Shown: piece by piece, positions 1 to 10,736 of the stretch
How the letters are laid out: every line of letters starts with the position of its first letter
How positions within the stretch are numbered: position 1 is the stretch's first letter
Source of the DNA: a virus
DNA: 64,000 bases
Strand: one strand, 5' to 3'
Virus record (IMG/VR): IMGVR_UViG_3300005613_000025
Coordinates: 27,723 to 91,722 of that record
The notes under the pieces: model-generated
Told to the model about the DNA's origin: nothing
Databases searched by the model: none
The model's input: the letters and a program-made list of their open reading frames with translations, nothing else
Translations under genes and position numbers: made by a program

Positions 1-206
1 GTTGATTCGACCTGTTCATTGAATTGATCCATTTTTTGAACACTTGATATTGTGTAATGTATCACATAACCATTCTCATCAAGCATTTCATTTACCTTAT
101 ATGTGGCCTCACCTTCATTATCAGCATCGATCTCCATGGTGACATCTGCGCTCACAATATAATTCTGTTGTAAGTTGTTTTCTATCAGTTTAGTGAATTT
201 TCTCAT
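1..206 (-). CDS. Hypothetical protein, runs off the window edge (MRKFTKLIE...)
   Basis: Not in the ORF track. ATG at 206, frame open to position 1, TAATATATA motif immediately upstream. Confidence 0.7.
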   Translation of the reverse strand, partial: MRKFTKLIENNLQQNYIVSADVTMEIDADNEGEATYKVNEMLDENGYVIHYTISSVQKMDQFNEQVES

Positions 207-284
207 AACATATATATTATGTTTCATTTTTACAAAATTCACATTTTAAAAAATAATATATACATCAAAATAAATATCATTAAT

Positions 285-530
285 ATGCAATTCATTAAGA
301 AATTCACCAAATTCAAAGAGTCTGTTATGACTGAAGAGCCAGTTGTAAAACCAGACAGAACAAAAACAAAACCAAGTACAAGACCTCAAAGACCGACACC
401 CTTTCCGACCAAGAGGCCATCTGAACATGACCTACCAAGTCCAAAGGCAACTCAGGATGATGTTATCGATCGGTTCATACAACTTGCGATTGAGAACGAA
501 ATAGATATGAAAAAATATATTAAACAATAA
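285..530 (+). CDS. Small Pro-rich probable virion/internal protein
   Basis: Likely start is MQFIKKFTKFKES inside ORF 219..530, downstream of TAATATATA at 254-262. Confidence 0.65.
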   Translation: MQFIKKFTKFKESVMTEEPVVKPDRTKTKPSTRPQRPTPFPTKRPSEHDLPSPKATQDDVIDRFIQLAIENEIDMKKYIKQ

Positions 531-2110
531 TGAAGAATTATCAAGAATTCATAAAAGAAGCAGAACTTTCAAAGACAGAGGGTGTACCAGAGGATTGGAT
601 AAGAAAGACCGATGTGAAGGCGCAAAGAGAACTTGGTGTTAGAAAGGATGAGCCGACAGGGCGAGTGCCACACGGTCTACGACCACCACCTGGAATGCCA
701 CCACTACCTCCTGGAACGGAATTGCCTGGACCTCAAACAATGGCTCTTGTTCAGAAAATGAATAGAATGATGCAAAATGTCATGCCCATTTTCAGAAAAT
801 ATGATAAAGATGAGGTTTACCCGAAAATGACTGAAATTGCAATTGAAGCAGTAAAATCTGAATTTCCAAATGTATTGGATAATGTTACACTTGATGTCAA
901 AATGGTTGATATGTTCAAAGTTGCAGAGGAGATGCCAGATATCAAGGAGACTCCAAAGGATCCAAAATCTGAGGAGGAACAAAAAGAAAAAATAGAATCA
1001 GAGGAAGAATCTGAAAATGATGAGGGTTCTGATAATGATTCGAATGAAACCCCAATAGATGATTTTTTAAGATCACCTGAATTGAAAAAAGAGATCGACA
1101 AGGTAAAGTTGATGAATGCCATTTCACAGGGTGAAGGTTTGAACACTAAAATGATATTGCATAGTGATGTTGTAAAGGATGGTTTGAAAGAAATATTCGG
1201 TGATGATTGGCAGATCGTTTTCAATACATATGATGAGATGTCGAAGATACATCTTCAAATGAACTGGTCTCAGTCAATAGATTTCACTGCTAAGAACATG
1301 TCAGATAACTCAGAAGGAATTGCAGGAACAGTTCAAGTTGGTTGGGATGATAATAATGAAGAGGATGGTGATGAACAGACACAAAGTGCAGAGGATATAC
1401 TCAAATCAATTGAGCAAGGTGAATCTTTAAGTGATATGAGTGATGAGATAAGTGACCAACTTGAAGGTGGTAGAGGTAAAATAACCGTAAGAGCGGTTGA
1501 TCTTGCCATGTTGATACATGAAATTGTCAAGGGCATCTATCAATTGGTTGTTGTGAGTGGTATGCAAGTAATGAAAGATGAGAGAACTAAGATGGCTGCC
1601 AAGATGGCAACCGATAGTTTTGCCGATGAGGCAGAAGAGTTCCGATATGGTCCTTACATAGCTGCCGCATTGAGGGATGTTGTGAATAAATGTGACGGAT
1701 CAGATAAATATCCGAATGCAAGACTTTATGTTTTCGGGTTGATGGTTCAGATGGATGCACAGCCATTCTTGGATCTGATGCTTGAAATACTAAAGGAAAG
1801 TGATAGTGCAACTGAGATGGTGCAATCCCTTGTTGATCAGGTCAATGAGATGTTTGATGAATATCAACAAAAAGAAGTTGAATACGATCTTGATAGTGAC
1901 GGGGATGATGATCAGATGATTCCTTCACAATCGGATGAGAAAGAGTATAAGGATATGTCACAATCAGAATTGAAAGAGTTGATCGATATGTATCTTGATT
2001 CGGGAGACTTCGGCGAGATCGAGAAAATAAGACCTTACTTGAAAGAGTCGATCGACATGAGAATATATTTTGAAAGACAAGTGCAAAAAATAAAGGAATC
2101 AAAAAAATGA
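530..2110 (+). CDS. Acidic 526-aa probable internal head protein
   Basis: N-terminus MKNYQEFIKE resembles the T4 internal-protein capsid-targeting sequence MKTYQEFIAE. Confidence 0.6.
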   Translation: MKNYQEFIKEAELSKTEGVPEDWIRKTDVKAQRELGVRKDEPTGRVPHGLRPPPGMPPLPPGTELPGPQTMALVQKMNRMMQNVMPIFRKYDKDEVYPKMTEIAIEAVKSEFPNVLDNVTLDVKMVDMFKVAEEMPDIKETPKDPKSEEEQKEKIESEEESENDEGSDNDSNETPIDDFLRSPELKKEIDKVKLMNAISQGEGLNTKMILHSDVVKDGLKEIFGDDWQIVFNTYDEMSKIHLQMNWSQSIDFTAKNMSDNSEGIAGTVQVGWDDNNEEDGDEQTQSAEDILKSIEQGESLSDMSDEISDQLEGGRGKITVRAVDLAMLIHEIVKGIYQLVVVSGMQVMKDERTKMAAKMATDSFADEAEEFRYGPYIAAALRDVVNKCDGSDKYPNARLYVFGLMVQMDAQPFLDLMLEILKESDSATEMVQSLVDQVNEMFDEYQQKEVEYDLDSDGDDDQMIPSQSDEKEYKDMSQSELKELIDMYLDSGDFGEIEKIRPYLKESIDMRIYFERQVQKIKESKK

Positions 2111-4104
2111 AGTTATTCAGATTCAATAATTTTAAGAGTGAAAAATTGATAAATGAGAATGTTGCTCAGGCAAAGAAATTGGCCAAAGATACATATCAAC
2201 TTAACAAGGCTATTGTAAGTTTATCAGATGGTAAGTATAAGACCGATAAAGAAGGTCTTGTGATACTCGATACTGATGGATATCCTGTCGAGCCAAAGGA
2301 TATGGACCAAGAGATAGTTCAAAAAGCGAAAGATTCTGTTTCAGAGATAGAGGTCACTGAGGAAGAACTAAAAGCAGCTGAGAGGTCATCTGCCATGGGT
2401 GTCATTCGTGATATAGTTGGTAAAAAACAAGGATACACATATATGTTCCTTTATTTCAAGTTGGTTGAACAGGTTCCTGATGATATGCTCAAAACAATAA
2501 TGTCAAGGTTGAAACAGAATGGTGATCTTTTGAATCGACTGAGAAGGAATATTTCAAATTACATTGATCCTGAGGTGAAAAACAATTCTGAGCAATTGGT
2601 TGATGATCTTGATGATATTGAAAGATATAGAAAGGCAAAGAAGTTCATCAATGAGTTCACATCAGTGCTCAAAGAAGATTACGCACAAGCGCCACCATAT
2701 TTGAAGGATAAACTTGTTGATGTTGCATCAGCATTTGATGAACTTGGAAAAGATGATTCTGGTAAAATAGATAAGGTAGCGCAAAAAGCATCACAGAAAA
2801 TATTCTTCGATAAGATAAAGCGATATAACACAGTGAGAGAGATGTTGGTTGCTGCTGAGGCTCATCTAAAAGCTGAGGCAAATTCAGGATACACTAAATA
2901 TCTGAAATCAATAAAAGAAGTGAATCGTAAATTCGGAAAATTCGGTGCGGATGCTTTATTTGTTGAAAATGGAATTCTTGTGATGGAGCTCAAATCCTAC
3001 CAGGCAACCAAGAAACTGTGTGGTAACACTGCTTGGTGTATTAAGGATCTATACTATTGGAACAATTATGTTGGTGGAGATACTGTTTATAACAGACAAT
3101 ATGTTATTGTGAATTTCAATTTACCCACATCTGATAGGAAGAGTATGATAGGTGTCACAATAGGACCTAATCAGTCAATATATGCTGCACACTATAAGAA
3201 TGACAATGAGGCCAAACCGTATCTGAAACAAGATCTCAAAGAATTCGAAGATGAGTATGGTCTGCCAGAAGGATCATTGTGGTATTACTTACAACCAATG
3301 GATGAAAACGATATCGAAATGAAAAAGAGAAGGATCAGTGCAAATAGAAATGTCGTGAAAAAAGGAATATCGCTTGACCAATTGAAACAATATGTTGTTG
3401 AAGATGGTGCTGATGTGAATGCTGAAAACGGAGCTCCACTGGACAATGCAGTTGAGGAAGATGATTATGACAAAGTGGAATTTTTGTTGAACAGTGAGGC
3501 AAGTCCGAATTTGAGGACTGAGTTTTCAGCAACTGTGAACAAAGTGAAATCGTTCAAAATATTGAAACTTATGTTGAACAATGGTGCAGAGTTGACGAAA
3601 CACGCATTCAGGCCGATGATGGATGACCGTGATGCTATCAAGTTCTGTCTTGAGAATGGAATGGATCCTGACCTTGGTAAAGGACTTCCTATCCGACAGG
3701 CCATCAAGCGAGGTGATTTGGATCTCATCAAGGTGTTCATTGAGAATGGTGCTACTTGGGGTATGGATGACGGAAGAGCTCAGCGAACAGCATTCGAAAA
3801 AGACCAGATCGGAGTTGCAGAATATCTTGTCGAGAACGGATTCAATAAGCGATTTGATATTGTGATGGATTGGATCGGCATGATAAAATCAATGCACTCT
3901 CCTGACAAAAGATACGAACTTCTTAGTATCTGTCAGGACTGGATAGACCGTAAAAGAGTTGAAATGCAACAAAGTGGATACCGTGACAAGGATTCTGATG
4001 GAAAAACCATTGTCATTGACTATGATCGACTTGTTGAAAAGTATGGAAATTACATGAATTATGTCATAAGTAATGATCCATCTATGTCGAAATTTAAAAA
4101 ATGA
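2107..4104 (+). CDS. Ankyrin-repeat-containing protein
   Basis: C-terminal GADVNAENGAPLDNAV and GLPIRQAIKRGDLDLIKVFIENGA repeats. Confidence 0.75.
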   Translation: MKLFRFNNFKSEKLINENVAQAKKLAKDTYQLNKAIVSLSDGKYKTDKEGLVILDTDGYPVEPKDMDQEIVQKAKDSVSEIEVTEEELKAAERSSAMGVIRDIVGKKQGYTYMFLYFKLVEQVPDDMLKTIMSRLKQNGDLLNRLRRNISNYIDPEVKNNSEQLVDDLDDIERYRKAKKFINEFTSVLKEDYAQAPPYLKDKLVDVASAFDELGKDDSGKIDKVAQKASQKIFFDKIKRYNTVREMLVAAEAHLKAEANSGYTKYLKSIKEVNRKFGKFGADALFVENGILVMELKSYQATKKLCGNTAWCIKDLYYWNNYVGGDTVYNRQYVIVNFNLPTSDRKSMIGVTIGPNQSIYAAHYKNDNEAKPYLKQDLKEFEDEYGLPEGSLWYYLQPMDENDIEMKKRRISANRNVVKKGISLDQLKQYVVEDGADVNAENGAPLDNAVEEDDYDKVEFLLNSEASPNLRTEFSATVNKVKSFKILKLMLNNGAELTKHAFRPMMDDRDAIKFCLENGMDPDLGKGLPIRQAIKRGDLDLIKVFIENGATWGMDDGRAQRTAFEKDQIGVAEYLVENGFNKRFDIVMDWIGMIKSMHSPDKRYELLSICQDWIDRKRVEMQQSGYRDKDSDGKTIVIDYDRLVEKYGNYMNYVISNDPSMSKFKK

Positions 4105-4145
4105 GGAAGTGATAATAGAGATATATAAAATAAACATCTCTTTTT

Positions 4146-4859
4146 ATGAACATAATCAGTATAGACCCATCATTGATATCAACTGCAATGGTTGTGAATG
4201 GTAAGATATTCAATTATTGCAGGGAAACAGATGCCACGACCAAAAATGGACTATCTAAGTGGTTCAAGATGGCCGAACAATTATGTGAGTACAAATTCAT
4301 CAGTTATAGAAAATTCAATGGATATTCGGATGGTGAGATAATCAAGTTGATGGATTATGATAGTATAACTCAAATGATAGTTGATGATATCATTGAGAAC
4401 ATTGATGTGATGGAAGAAACCAAATGTGTTATAGAGGGTTATAATTTCGGAGCACAGGTTGGTGATCTACTTGATCTTGTTACCTTTTCCACACTATTGA
4501 GAAAAAAAATATTCGATCAGGTCACTCAAGATATAATAGTTTTCTCTCCAACTCAATTGAAATTGGAAAGCTGTAAACTGACATATCCACCATTTGAACA
4601 GATAGTTGGTGTTAGGAAAAAGAAGATAAAGACAAGTTATAGAAACAATCAAGGAATTGCCGGTGGCAAATTCACCAAAAGAGAAATGCTTTTTTCAATA
4701 TTGGAGAATAAAGAAATTGATACCGATTGGTTCAGTCATATAAAATCAATAAAACAGGATATCACTGAGAGAAAAACAATTCCAAAACCATATGAGGACA
4801 TCAATGATGCCATACTCATGTATCACATCATAGAAAAAAATATGAAAGATAATGTTTGA
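4146..4859 (+). CDS. RuvC-like Holliday junction resolvase
   Basis: ISIDPSL, VIEGY and DINDA acidic motifs of the RNase H/RuvC fold. Confidence 0.7.
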   Translation: MNIISIDPSLISTAMVVNGKIFNYCRETDATTKNGLSKWFKMAEQLCEYKFISYRKFNGYSDGEIIKLMDYDSITQMIVDDIIENIDVMEETKCVIEGYNFGAQVGDLLDLVTFSTLLRKKIFDQVTQDIIVFSPTQLKLESCKLTYPPFEQIVGVRKKKIKTSYRNNQGIAGGKFTKREMLFSILENKEIDTDWFSHIKSIKQDITERKTIPKPYEDINDAILMYHIIEKNMKDNV

Positions 4860-5148
4860 AGATGATATGCAAAATCTGCCTATGCAGGATCTCATTGAAA
4901 AATACAAATTGTATCCAGAAGTTGCTTTTGAAGAGGATGATCATGGAATTCTCATAAATGAAACATGGACATCCGATACGGACCAAGACATAATGCTTGA
5001 GAGATTCTATTATTTTGACATATATTTTGCTGAATTCCTTCCAACTGAAATTAAAAAAGAATGTTTCAGTGTGGTTTTGGATATTTATGTGGCTCGTGAG
5101 ATGTATGAGGAAGCTGCAATACTCAGGGATGAGATTCAGCTTTTATAG
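4852..5148 (+). CDS. Hypothetical protein with a UVR-like C-terminal helix
   Basis: EMYEEAAILRDEI. Confidence 0.55.
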   Translation: MFEDDMQNLPMQDLIEKYKLYPEVAFEEDDHGILINETWTSDTDQDIMLERFYYFDIYFAEFLPTEIKKECFSVVLDIYVAREMYEEAAILRDEIQLL

Positions 5149-5318
5149 CTACCACCTCTTTTCTTTCTCTTACAGAACTGTTTCTGTGAAAATCCCTTTG
5201 GATCATTACAGTTTATCGACTTTTTATACTTGACCGACCATCTTTTCTTCATTTTCTTTCGCGGTTGGTTGTACTCTTTCTTCTCGTTGAATTCGTAAAA
5301 GTCCTGTAAGTGTGTCAT
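5136..5318 (-). CDS. Small basic phage protein
   Basis: WSVKYKKSINCNDPKGFSQKQFC; N-terminal F..FNE motif. Confidence 0.7.
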   Translation of the reverse strand: MTHLQDFYEFNEKKEYNQPRKKMKKRWSVKYKKSINCNDPKGFSQKQFCKRKKRGGSYKS

Positions 5319-5656
5319 TTCTTTTCAACATTTATTATGATCCTGTTTCTATCTCTATCATAGTTTACTGATCCCATATCAAGACCTTTTAATTCAAGTT
5401 CAGATTTCAATTGCTCGATAACTTTCTTTTCTTCAAGTTCTTTCAATTCAAGTTCAAGGTCATTATTTGGCTTTTCGTCCAACTCTTTATCGAATATCTC
5501 TATTGTAAAGTTGTTCTCATCTTTTTTATTCATTTCGATATCGAGAAAAAGCCATTTATCAAATAATTCATCAAGTGTTGACTTTATATCATCTGCATTT
5601 ATGTTGAAATCATTATTGAGGTCAAAGAATTCATTTATAGGTTTCAAGTATTTCAT
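5315..5656 (-). CDS. Hypothetical protein (probable virion-internal)
   Basis: MKYLKPINEF start; TAATATATA upstream. Confidence 0.65.
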   Translation of the reverse strand: MKYLKPINEFFDLNNDFNINADDIKSTLDELFDKWLFLDIEMNKKDENNFTIEIFDKELDEKPNNDLELELKELEEKKVIEQLKSELELKGLDMGSVNYDRDRNRIIINVEKK

Positions 5657-5712
5657 AGGAAATTATTTATTTTTCAGTTTATATATTAAAAAATAATACT
5701 TATATTTGTGTT

Positions 5713-6126
5713 ATGAAATCGAACAAGCTTAATAGACACGAATCTCTAAAATTCATTTTCGGTGGTAATTCAACATTTACTTTTAAGAACAACATCACTG
5801 AGAACCGATTCACATATCGAGTGAGAAAACACAAGACAAACGACATTTACTTCGTAAGTGTTTTGACTCAGCCAGATACATACACATTCATCGGATCAAT
5901 TTTCAAAGAAGGAAATTACAGACATTCTGTGAAAAGTAAAATATCATCAAATGCGCAATCTGTGAAAGTTTTTGATTATGTTCTTAGAAAATTGCATACA
6001 GATTCACTGAGTGAGTCCATTGAAGTATGGCACGAGGGTAGATGTGGTCGATGTAACAGAAAATTGACCGTTCCTGAAAGTATCGAGTCAGGATTCGGAC
6101 CGGAATGTATAAGAAGGCAAAAATGA
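5713..6126 (+). CDS. DUF6011-like zinc-binding protein
   Basis: CGRCNRKLTVPESIESGFGPEC. Confidence 0.75.
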   Translation: MKSNKLNRHESLKFIFGGNSTFTFKNNITENRFTYRVRKHKTNDIYFVSVLTQPDTYTFIGSIFKEGNYRHSVKSKISSNAQSVKVFDYVLRKLHTDSLSESIEVWHEGRCGRCNRKLTVPESIESGFGPECIRRQK

Positions 6127-6692
6127 TATCATTACTTTTAATCACACTATTATCATATCATTTCATATTTCAATATCGATACCTTCGAGTATTGTCTGAA
6201 TTGAGGTCAATGTCGAGGTGTCATCATTGTTATGTTAAAAAAGATTCATATGATATAAGTTTCAATCAAAAAACTGGTGAGATCCATGCAAAACTCAATG
6301 GTAAATATTGCACATCTTGCCATGAAAAAATAACGAGAAAGAAAAAATTGAACTCACTTCTTTCTAAAAAATTCACATATTACAAAGAAAAGTTCGACCA
6401 ATCCCAATTTGAAAAAAAATTCGATAATATACTACTGTTGTATCTTATTTCAATTTTTATTTTGAGTTTGTTCACTCTAATTTTCATAAGTGATGAGTCA
6501 GGAATCATTTTAAATGTTTACAATTTCGGGAATTGTATATATTGGATCTTTTTAGTGAGAAGGAATTATTTCATAAAGAAAAAGGTCCAAGAACATGACC
6601 GTTCTCAGACCTTAGGGCCAACACTTTTTGCTGACATCCACCACTTTATTTTTAAAAGAATAAAGAAACTTAAAGATTATATTAAGAATTGA
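6105..6692 (+). CDS. Membrane protein with CxxC motifs
   Basis: Hydrophobic segments; CHHC and CTSC. Confidence 0.55.
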   Translation: MYKKAKMISLLLITLLSYHFIFQYRYLRVLSELRSMSRCHHCYVKKDSYDISFNQKTGEIHAKLNGKYCTSCHEKITRKKKLNSLLSKKFTYYKEKFDQSQFEKKFDNILLLYLISIFILSLFTLIFISDESGIILNVYNFGNCIYWIFLVRRNYFIKKKVQEHDRSQTLGPTLFADIHHFIFKRIKKLKDYIKN

Positions 6693-6713
6693 AAAAATGT
6701 TTATATTTGTGAT

Positions 6714-7832
6714 ATGAAAGAACAACTAATTCAACTTATTGAAGAAAAATCACCAGGTTCAATTCCTGTTTACCTCGTTATTCGTGGGTCACACGCATAC
6801 GGAACTAATATCGAAACATCTGATGTTGATTATTCAGGAGTCTTTGTACAAAGCCAAGATTCCATTTATGGGATGTCTTATAAAGAGCAGATCAATGACG
6901 ATACTAATGATATTGTTATTTACGAGATCCGTAGATTCCTTGAACTTCTTGAAAAAAACAATCCAACCATTTTGGAACTTCTCAACACACCTGAGGATTG
7001 TATCATCTATAAACATCCTATCTTTGATGAAATTCTTAAAAATAAAGAGAAATTCATTACTAAGCAATGTGCTAATTCATTTGGTGGTTACGCCAAACAA
7101 CAGATCAGTAAGGCTCGTGGTATGAACAAGAAACAAAACTGGGAGAAACAAAAAGTAACTCGTAAAACACCACTTGATTTTTGTTATATTCACAGAGGAG
7201 AAAAGTCGATGCCACTTTCTGATTTTCTAAAAGAAAAGGCAATGGATCAAAGATTCTGTGGACTTTCAAATGTTCCACATTCACGAGATACTTATGCTCT
7301 TTTCTATGATTTCAAAGAAGAAGAAACTGATGGTGAGATCAAAAACTTTGGATTCAAAGGAATTGCTTTTGAATCATCAAATCAATTGAGACTTTCATCT
7401 ATTCCTAAGAACCTGACACAGACTAGGAATTTCATCGGGTATGTTTCATATAATAAAGATGGATATACTAAACACTGTATTGATTATTCATCTTATCAGA
7501 AATGGCTTGAAGAAAGAAACGAGGCAAGATATGTTGATGTCAAAGGTCACGGACAAATGATCGATGGTAAGAACATGATGCACTGTCGTAGGCTGATGGA
7601 TATGGCAAGAGAAATTGCCGAAGGTAAAGGAATCATTGTAAGGAGACCAAACGCTGATCAACTACTTGATATCAGAAGAGGAAAGGTTGATCTGAAAACT
7701 CTTATTGATCATGTTGAAAGTGAGATCAAAGAGGTAGATAACCTGTTCAAAGAATCAACTTTACCACAATTGGTTGATACAAAATATGTAGAAGAGTTGT
7801 TGGTAAAAATCAGAAAAACTATATATAAATAA
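6714..7832 (+). CDS. Pol-beta-superfamily nucleotidyltransferase (RlaP/YcgL-like)
   Basis: GSHAYGTNIETSDVD, NPTILELL, KNMMHCRRL, LLDIRRG. Confidence 0.85.
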   Translation: MKEQLIQLIEEKSPGSIPVYLVIRGSHAYGTNIETSDVDYSGVFVQSQDSIYGMSYKEQINDDTNDIVIYEIRRFLELLEKNNPTILELLNTPEDCIIYKHPIFDEILKNKEKFITKQCANSFGGYAKQQISKARGMNKKQNWEKQKVTRKTPLDFCYIHRGEKSMPLSDFLKEKAMDQRFCGLSNVPHSRDTYALFYDFKEEETDGEIKNFGFKGIAFESSNQLRLSSIPKNLTQTRNFIGYVSYNKDGYTKHCIDYSSYQKWLEERNEARYVDVKGHGQMIDGKNMMHCRRLMDMAREIAEGKGIIVRRPNADQLLDIRRGKVDLKTLIDHVESEIKEVDNLFKESTLPQLVDTKYVEELLVKIRKTIYK

Positions 7833-7833
7833 A

Positions 7834-8412
7834 ATGATCGAATTCTTAATTTTCATATTTGGTGCCGTTGTAGGATATATTATGAATATACTATATCAAG
7901 AACTTGTTAAATATCTTGGTGTGAGAAAAAACAAGATATTGTTCGATAGTTTACTCACATCAGTTGAAGGAGGTGAAGGTAAATTTGTCAGTAGGCTCGG
8001 TGATTCGATCACCATATTCTTGAAGAAAGGCTCTCATGTTGGAAAATACATCATATATGATAAGACTTCTAGATATGTCAGTATTATTTCTGATAATAAA
8101 GAATTGACCAACTCAAAAAAGGTAAGATTATACTTTCCAAAAGAAACGGTAGTTGATGACCTTATTGATGAGATCGAATATAGATTCCATGAAAACATTG
8201 AAGATTATGTTGTTGTGAGTGGTATAAAAATAGACCGCGAATATCTTGATTCAATGATGAAAAAACAAATGGATAATTTAGATTCAATGTACAGTACATA
8301 CCAAAAAAAGGAAGAAAGTTTCAACATTGATGACATCTTGGATAAGATAAATCAAGTTGGGTTCGAAGGACTTACAGATAAAGAAAAAAACTATTTAAAA
8401 AATATAAAATAA
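7834..8412 (+). CDS. Membrane-anchored protein with DUF6576-like C-terminus
   Basis: N-terminal TM helix; IDDILDKINQVGFEGLTDKEKNYL. Confidence 0.65.
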   Translation: MIEFLIFIFGAVVGYIMNILYQELVKYLGVRKNKILFDSLLTSVEGGEGKFVSRLGDSITIFLKKGSHVGKYIIYDKTSRYVSIISDNKELTNSKKVRLYFPKETVVDDLIDEIEYRFHENIEDYVVVSGIKIDREYLDSMMKKQMDNLDSMYSTYQKKEESFNIDDILDKINQVGFEGLTDKEKNYLKNIK

Positions 8413-8413
8413 A

Positions 8414-8596
8414 ATGGACGAATTAAAGGAAATACTTGACGAGAAAACTTTTTATGAACTTGAATTGTTTTTTGCAAATACGAATTTGGACAGAAAAGGG
8501 CGAGAACAGTTGATTGATATCATAAAGAAGGTATCAAATCCAACACTTATTGACCAAGTTTTAAGTTTCAGTGAGGAAATCAAAAGCAATATCTAA
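8414..8596 (+). CDS. Hypothetical protein
   Basis: Operon-packed ORF. Confidence 0.55.
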   Translation: MDELKEILDEKTFYELELFFANTNLDRKGREQLIDIIKKVSNPTLIDQVLSFSEEIKSNI

Positions 8597-8820
8597 TGTC
8601 TTCATACGAAAAATTACAGAATATCTTCAAAGAGGACGAGAAAAAACTCAGCAGTTCTGGTAGAAAGAGACTCGATGCGATTCTTGGTAAGAAAGAGTCT
8701 GTTGTGAAATGGCAATCATTCAAAGATATTTTTCAAAAATTGAAATCACCTTTTTTAAAATTGGATAGTCTCATTTTCAAAGATCCGCCTAAATACACAA
8801 ATCAATTCAATAAGAGATGA
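8596..8820 (+). CDS. Hypothetical protein
   Basis: Start and stop overlap both neighbours. Confidence 0.55.
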   Translation: MSSYEKLQNIFKEDEKKLSSSGRKRLDAILGKKESVVKWQSFKDIFQKLKSPFLKLDSLIFKDPPKYTNQFNKR

Positions 8821-9296
8821 AAAAATTCAATAACAGACCAAATAGATTCGTAACATCTGATTCAGATTCTGGATGGATTAGCAGATCATGTGTTGTGGTT
8901 GCACTTATACATCACGATAATAAAATATTGTGTGTTAAAAGAGGTGATGATATGACACAAAGTGGTAAATGGTGCATGCCGTGTGGATACCTTGATTGGA
9001 ATGAAACCATAGAACAAGCTGTTCACAGAGAAGTGTATGAGGAATCCGGAATATATCTACCGGATATCGAACATGAGTTACATGGTCCTGTTCATATAAA
9101 CTCACATCCTATCGGTAAAAAACAGAACATCACATTTCATTATCATATTGAATTGGATAGTTTGGTCGATTTCAATATTAGTGTTGTTGATCCGGGAGAA
9201 GTTACCGATATTGCATGGGTCGAAAAAGATCACATAACTGAGTATGATTTTGCTTTTAACCATAATAATATAATCAATGAATACTTTAAAGGATAA
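8817..9296 (+). CDS. Nudix hydrolase
   Basis: GYLDWNETIEQAVHREVYEESG Nudix box. Confidence 0.92.
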   Translation: MKKFNNRPNRFVTSDSDSGWISRSCVVVALIHHDNKILCVKRGDDMTQSGKWCMPCGYLDWNETIEQAVHREVYEESGIYLPDIEHELHGPVHINSHPIGKKQNITFHYHIELDSLVDFNISVVDPGEVTDIAWVEKDHITEYDFAFNHNNIINEYFKG

Positions 9297-10122
9297 AAAA
9301 GGATTTCTTAAACTTTTTGACATCAAGATACCAAGAGAGTGTGATTTTGACTATTATATAGATCAATTGTCAAATCTATCAAGATACTCCAATATCAAGG
9401 AACTGGTGGATATATATCACGAGGATGAGTTGAAATATGGTGACCTTTTCGAACTTAGAATGATTCTTTCGAATGAGATCATCAATGAATTGAAAAACAC
9501 ACATGCTTATAATGAAATGTTGATCGATCAACTATCAGGACTTCCTACGAATAAAAGTTATTCATATGACAATGGTATTTATGTTTCGATCGACCTTAGG
9601 TCTGCTAATTTCCAATCTCTGAAAAAGTATGACCAAAGAGGTGAAATTCCAACCAGTTATAGTGAGTTGTTAAGTAATTTCAATTCACCAGAGATATTCA
9701 AGCATTCAAAATATCTCAGACAGGTGATTTTTGGTAATCTGAATCCTAAAAGACAACAACTTGTTCAACGACATATAGTTCAAGAACTTGTAAGAAAATT
9801 GGATTCAGAGAATATTCAAGCAGTGAGAAATGATGAGATAATCATAAAGTTGGAAAGTTATGATGAATATGAATCCAATATAGAACCATATGTTGATTTT
9901 GAAAAGTATCGTGTGAAAATCTTTCAAAATTCAAACTATGATGGATTCAGGATCGAGCGTGAGATAGATAGTGATGGCCGACTTATTTCAAAGGATTTTT
10001 ATGGATTGAACAGGAACATGTTATTTTGGAAGATCAAGGAACTTATAACATTCGAAGAAATAGAAGATCGAGATCTTTATTTCATATCCGAAGGAAAACT
10101 TGCAAAATGGGTCATTGAGTGA
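9277..10122 (+). CDS. Hypothetical protein
   Basis: 281-aa ORF; SIDLRSANFQ and RNDE motifs. Confidence 0.65.
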   Translation: MNTLKDKKGFLKLFDIKIPRECDFDYYIDQLSNLSRYSNIKELVDIYHEDELKYGDLFELRMILSNEIINELKNTHAYNEMLIDQLSGLPTNKSYSYDNGIYVSIDLRSANFQSLKKYDQRGEIPTSYSELLSNFNSPEIFKHSKYLRQVIFGNLNPKRQQLVQRHIVQELVRKLDSENIQAVRNDEIIIKLESYDEYESNIEPYVDFEKYRVKIFQNSNYDGFRIEREIDSDGRLISKDFYGLNRNMLFWKIKELITFEEIEDRDLYFISEGKLAKWVIE

Positions 10123-10465
10123 CTTTTATTTGTAATTTTCCATCCATACTGCTGAAATTTTTATGCTGTTTTGTTTCTAAAAGATAATAGCTAACTTCGA
10201 ATCCAATATCATTTAACCTTTTAAAGAATACATCACATTCTTTGTATATCTCTTGCATTTCATTTTGATTTTCATAGATATTCATTGGAACATGTCCTTT
10301 TATTTCATATTTGAATTCCACCAAGTATAAACTCTGCTGTTTCCATCTATTGTGAAGTTTTGCAGTGAACTCATCGACCTCATCTATCAGTTCATATGCA
10401 GCATCATATATCTTGCTGATGTTATCATCTGTTTCATTTTCAAATATGTGTCTGATATGCTTCAT
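10112..10465 (-). CDS. Hypothetical protein (probable virion-internal)
   Basis: MKHIRHIFENE start. Confidence 0.65.
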   Translation of the reverse strand: MKHIRHIFENETDDNISKIYDAAYELIDEVDEFTAKLHNRWKQQSLYLVEFKYEIKGHVPMNIYENQNEMQEIYKECDVFFKRLNDIGFEVSYYLLETKQHKNFSSMDGKLQIKVTQ

Positions 10466-10520
10466 TTTTATTTCTATTTCTATTTTTGTATATAACCAGC
10501 TAGCTGTTTATACAGTAGTT

Positions 10521-10736
10521 CTATTTTTTTCTGTAATGATCTATGATATCACGACCATTTACTAACTCATCTGGTGCATTCTTTATTTTTGAATCTTCGC
10601 AATTGTGAGATACCTTATATTTTCTTTTCACCTTTTCAATGATCTTCACTGGTGTTATCATATTATTGTACCAATATTCTATCAATACAACATCACCTTC
10701 ATTGAAATAACTTTTATATTCGAGTAAATGTCTCAT
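10521..10736 (-). CDS. Small SH3/Tudor-like protein
   Basis: FNEGDVVLIEY..PVKIIEK..YKVSH beta-barrel pattern. Confidence 0.5.
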   Translation of the reverse strand: MRHLLEYKSYFNEGDVVLIEYWYNNMITPVKIIEKVKRKYKVSHNCEDSKIKNAPDELVNGRDIIDHYRKK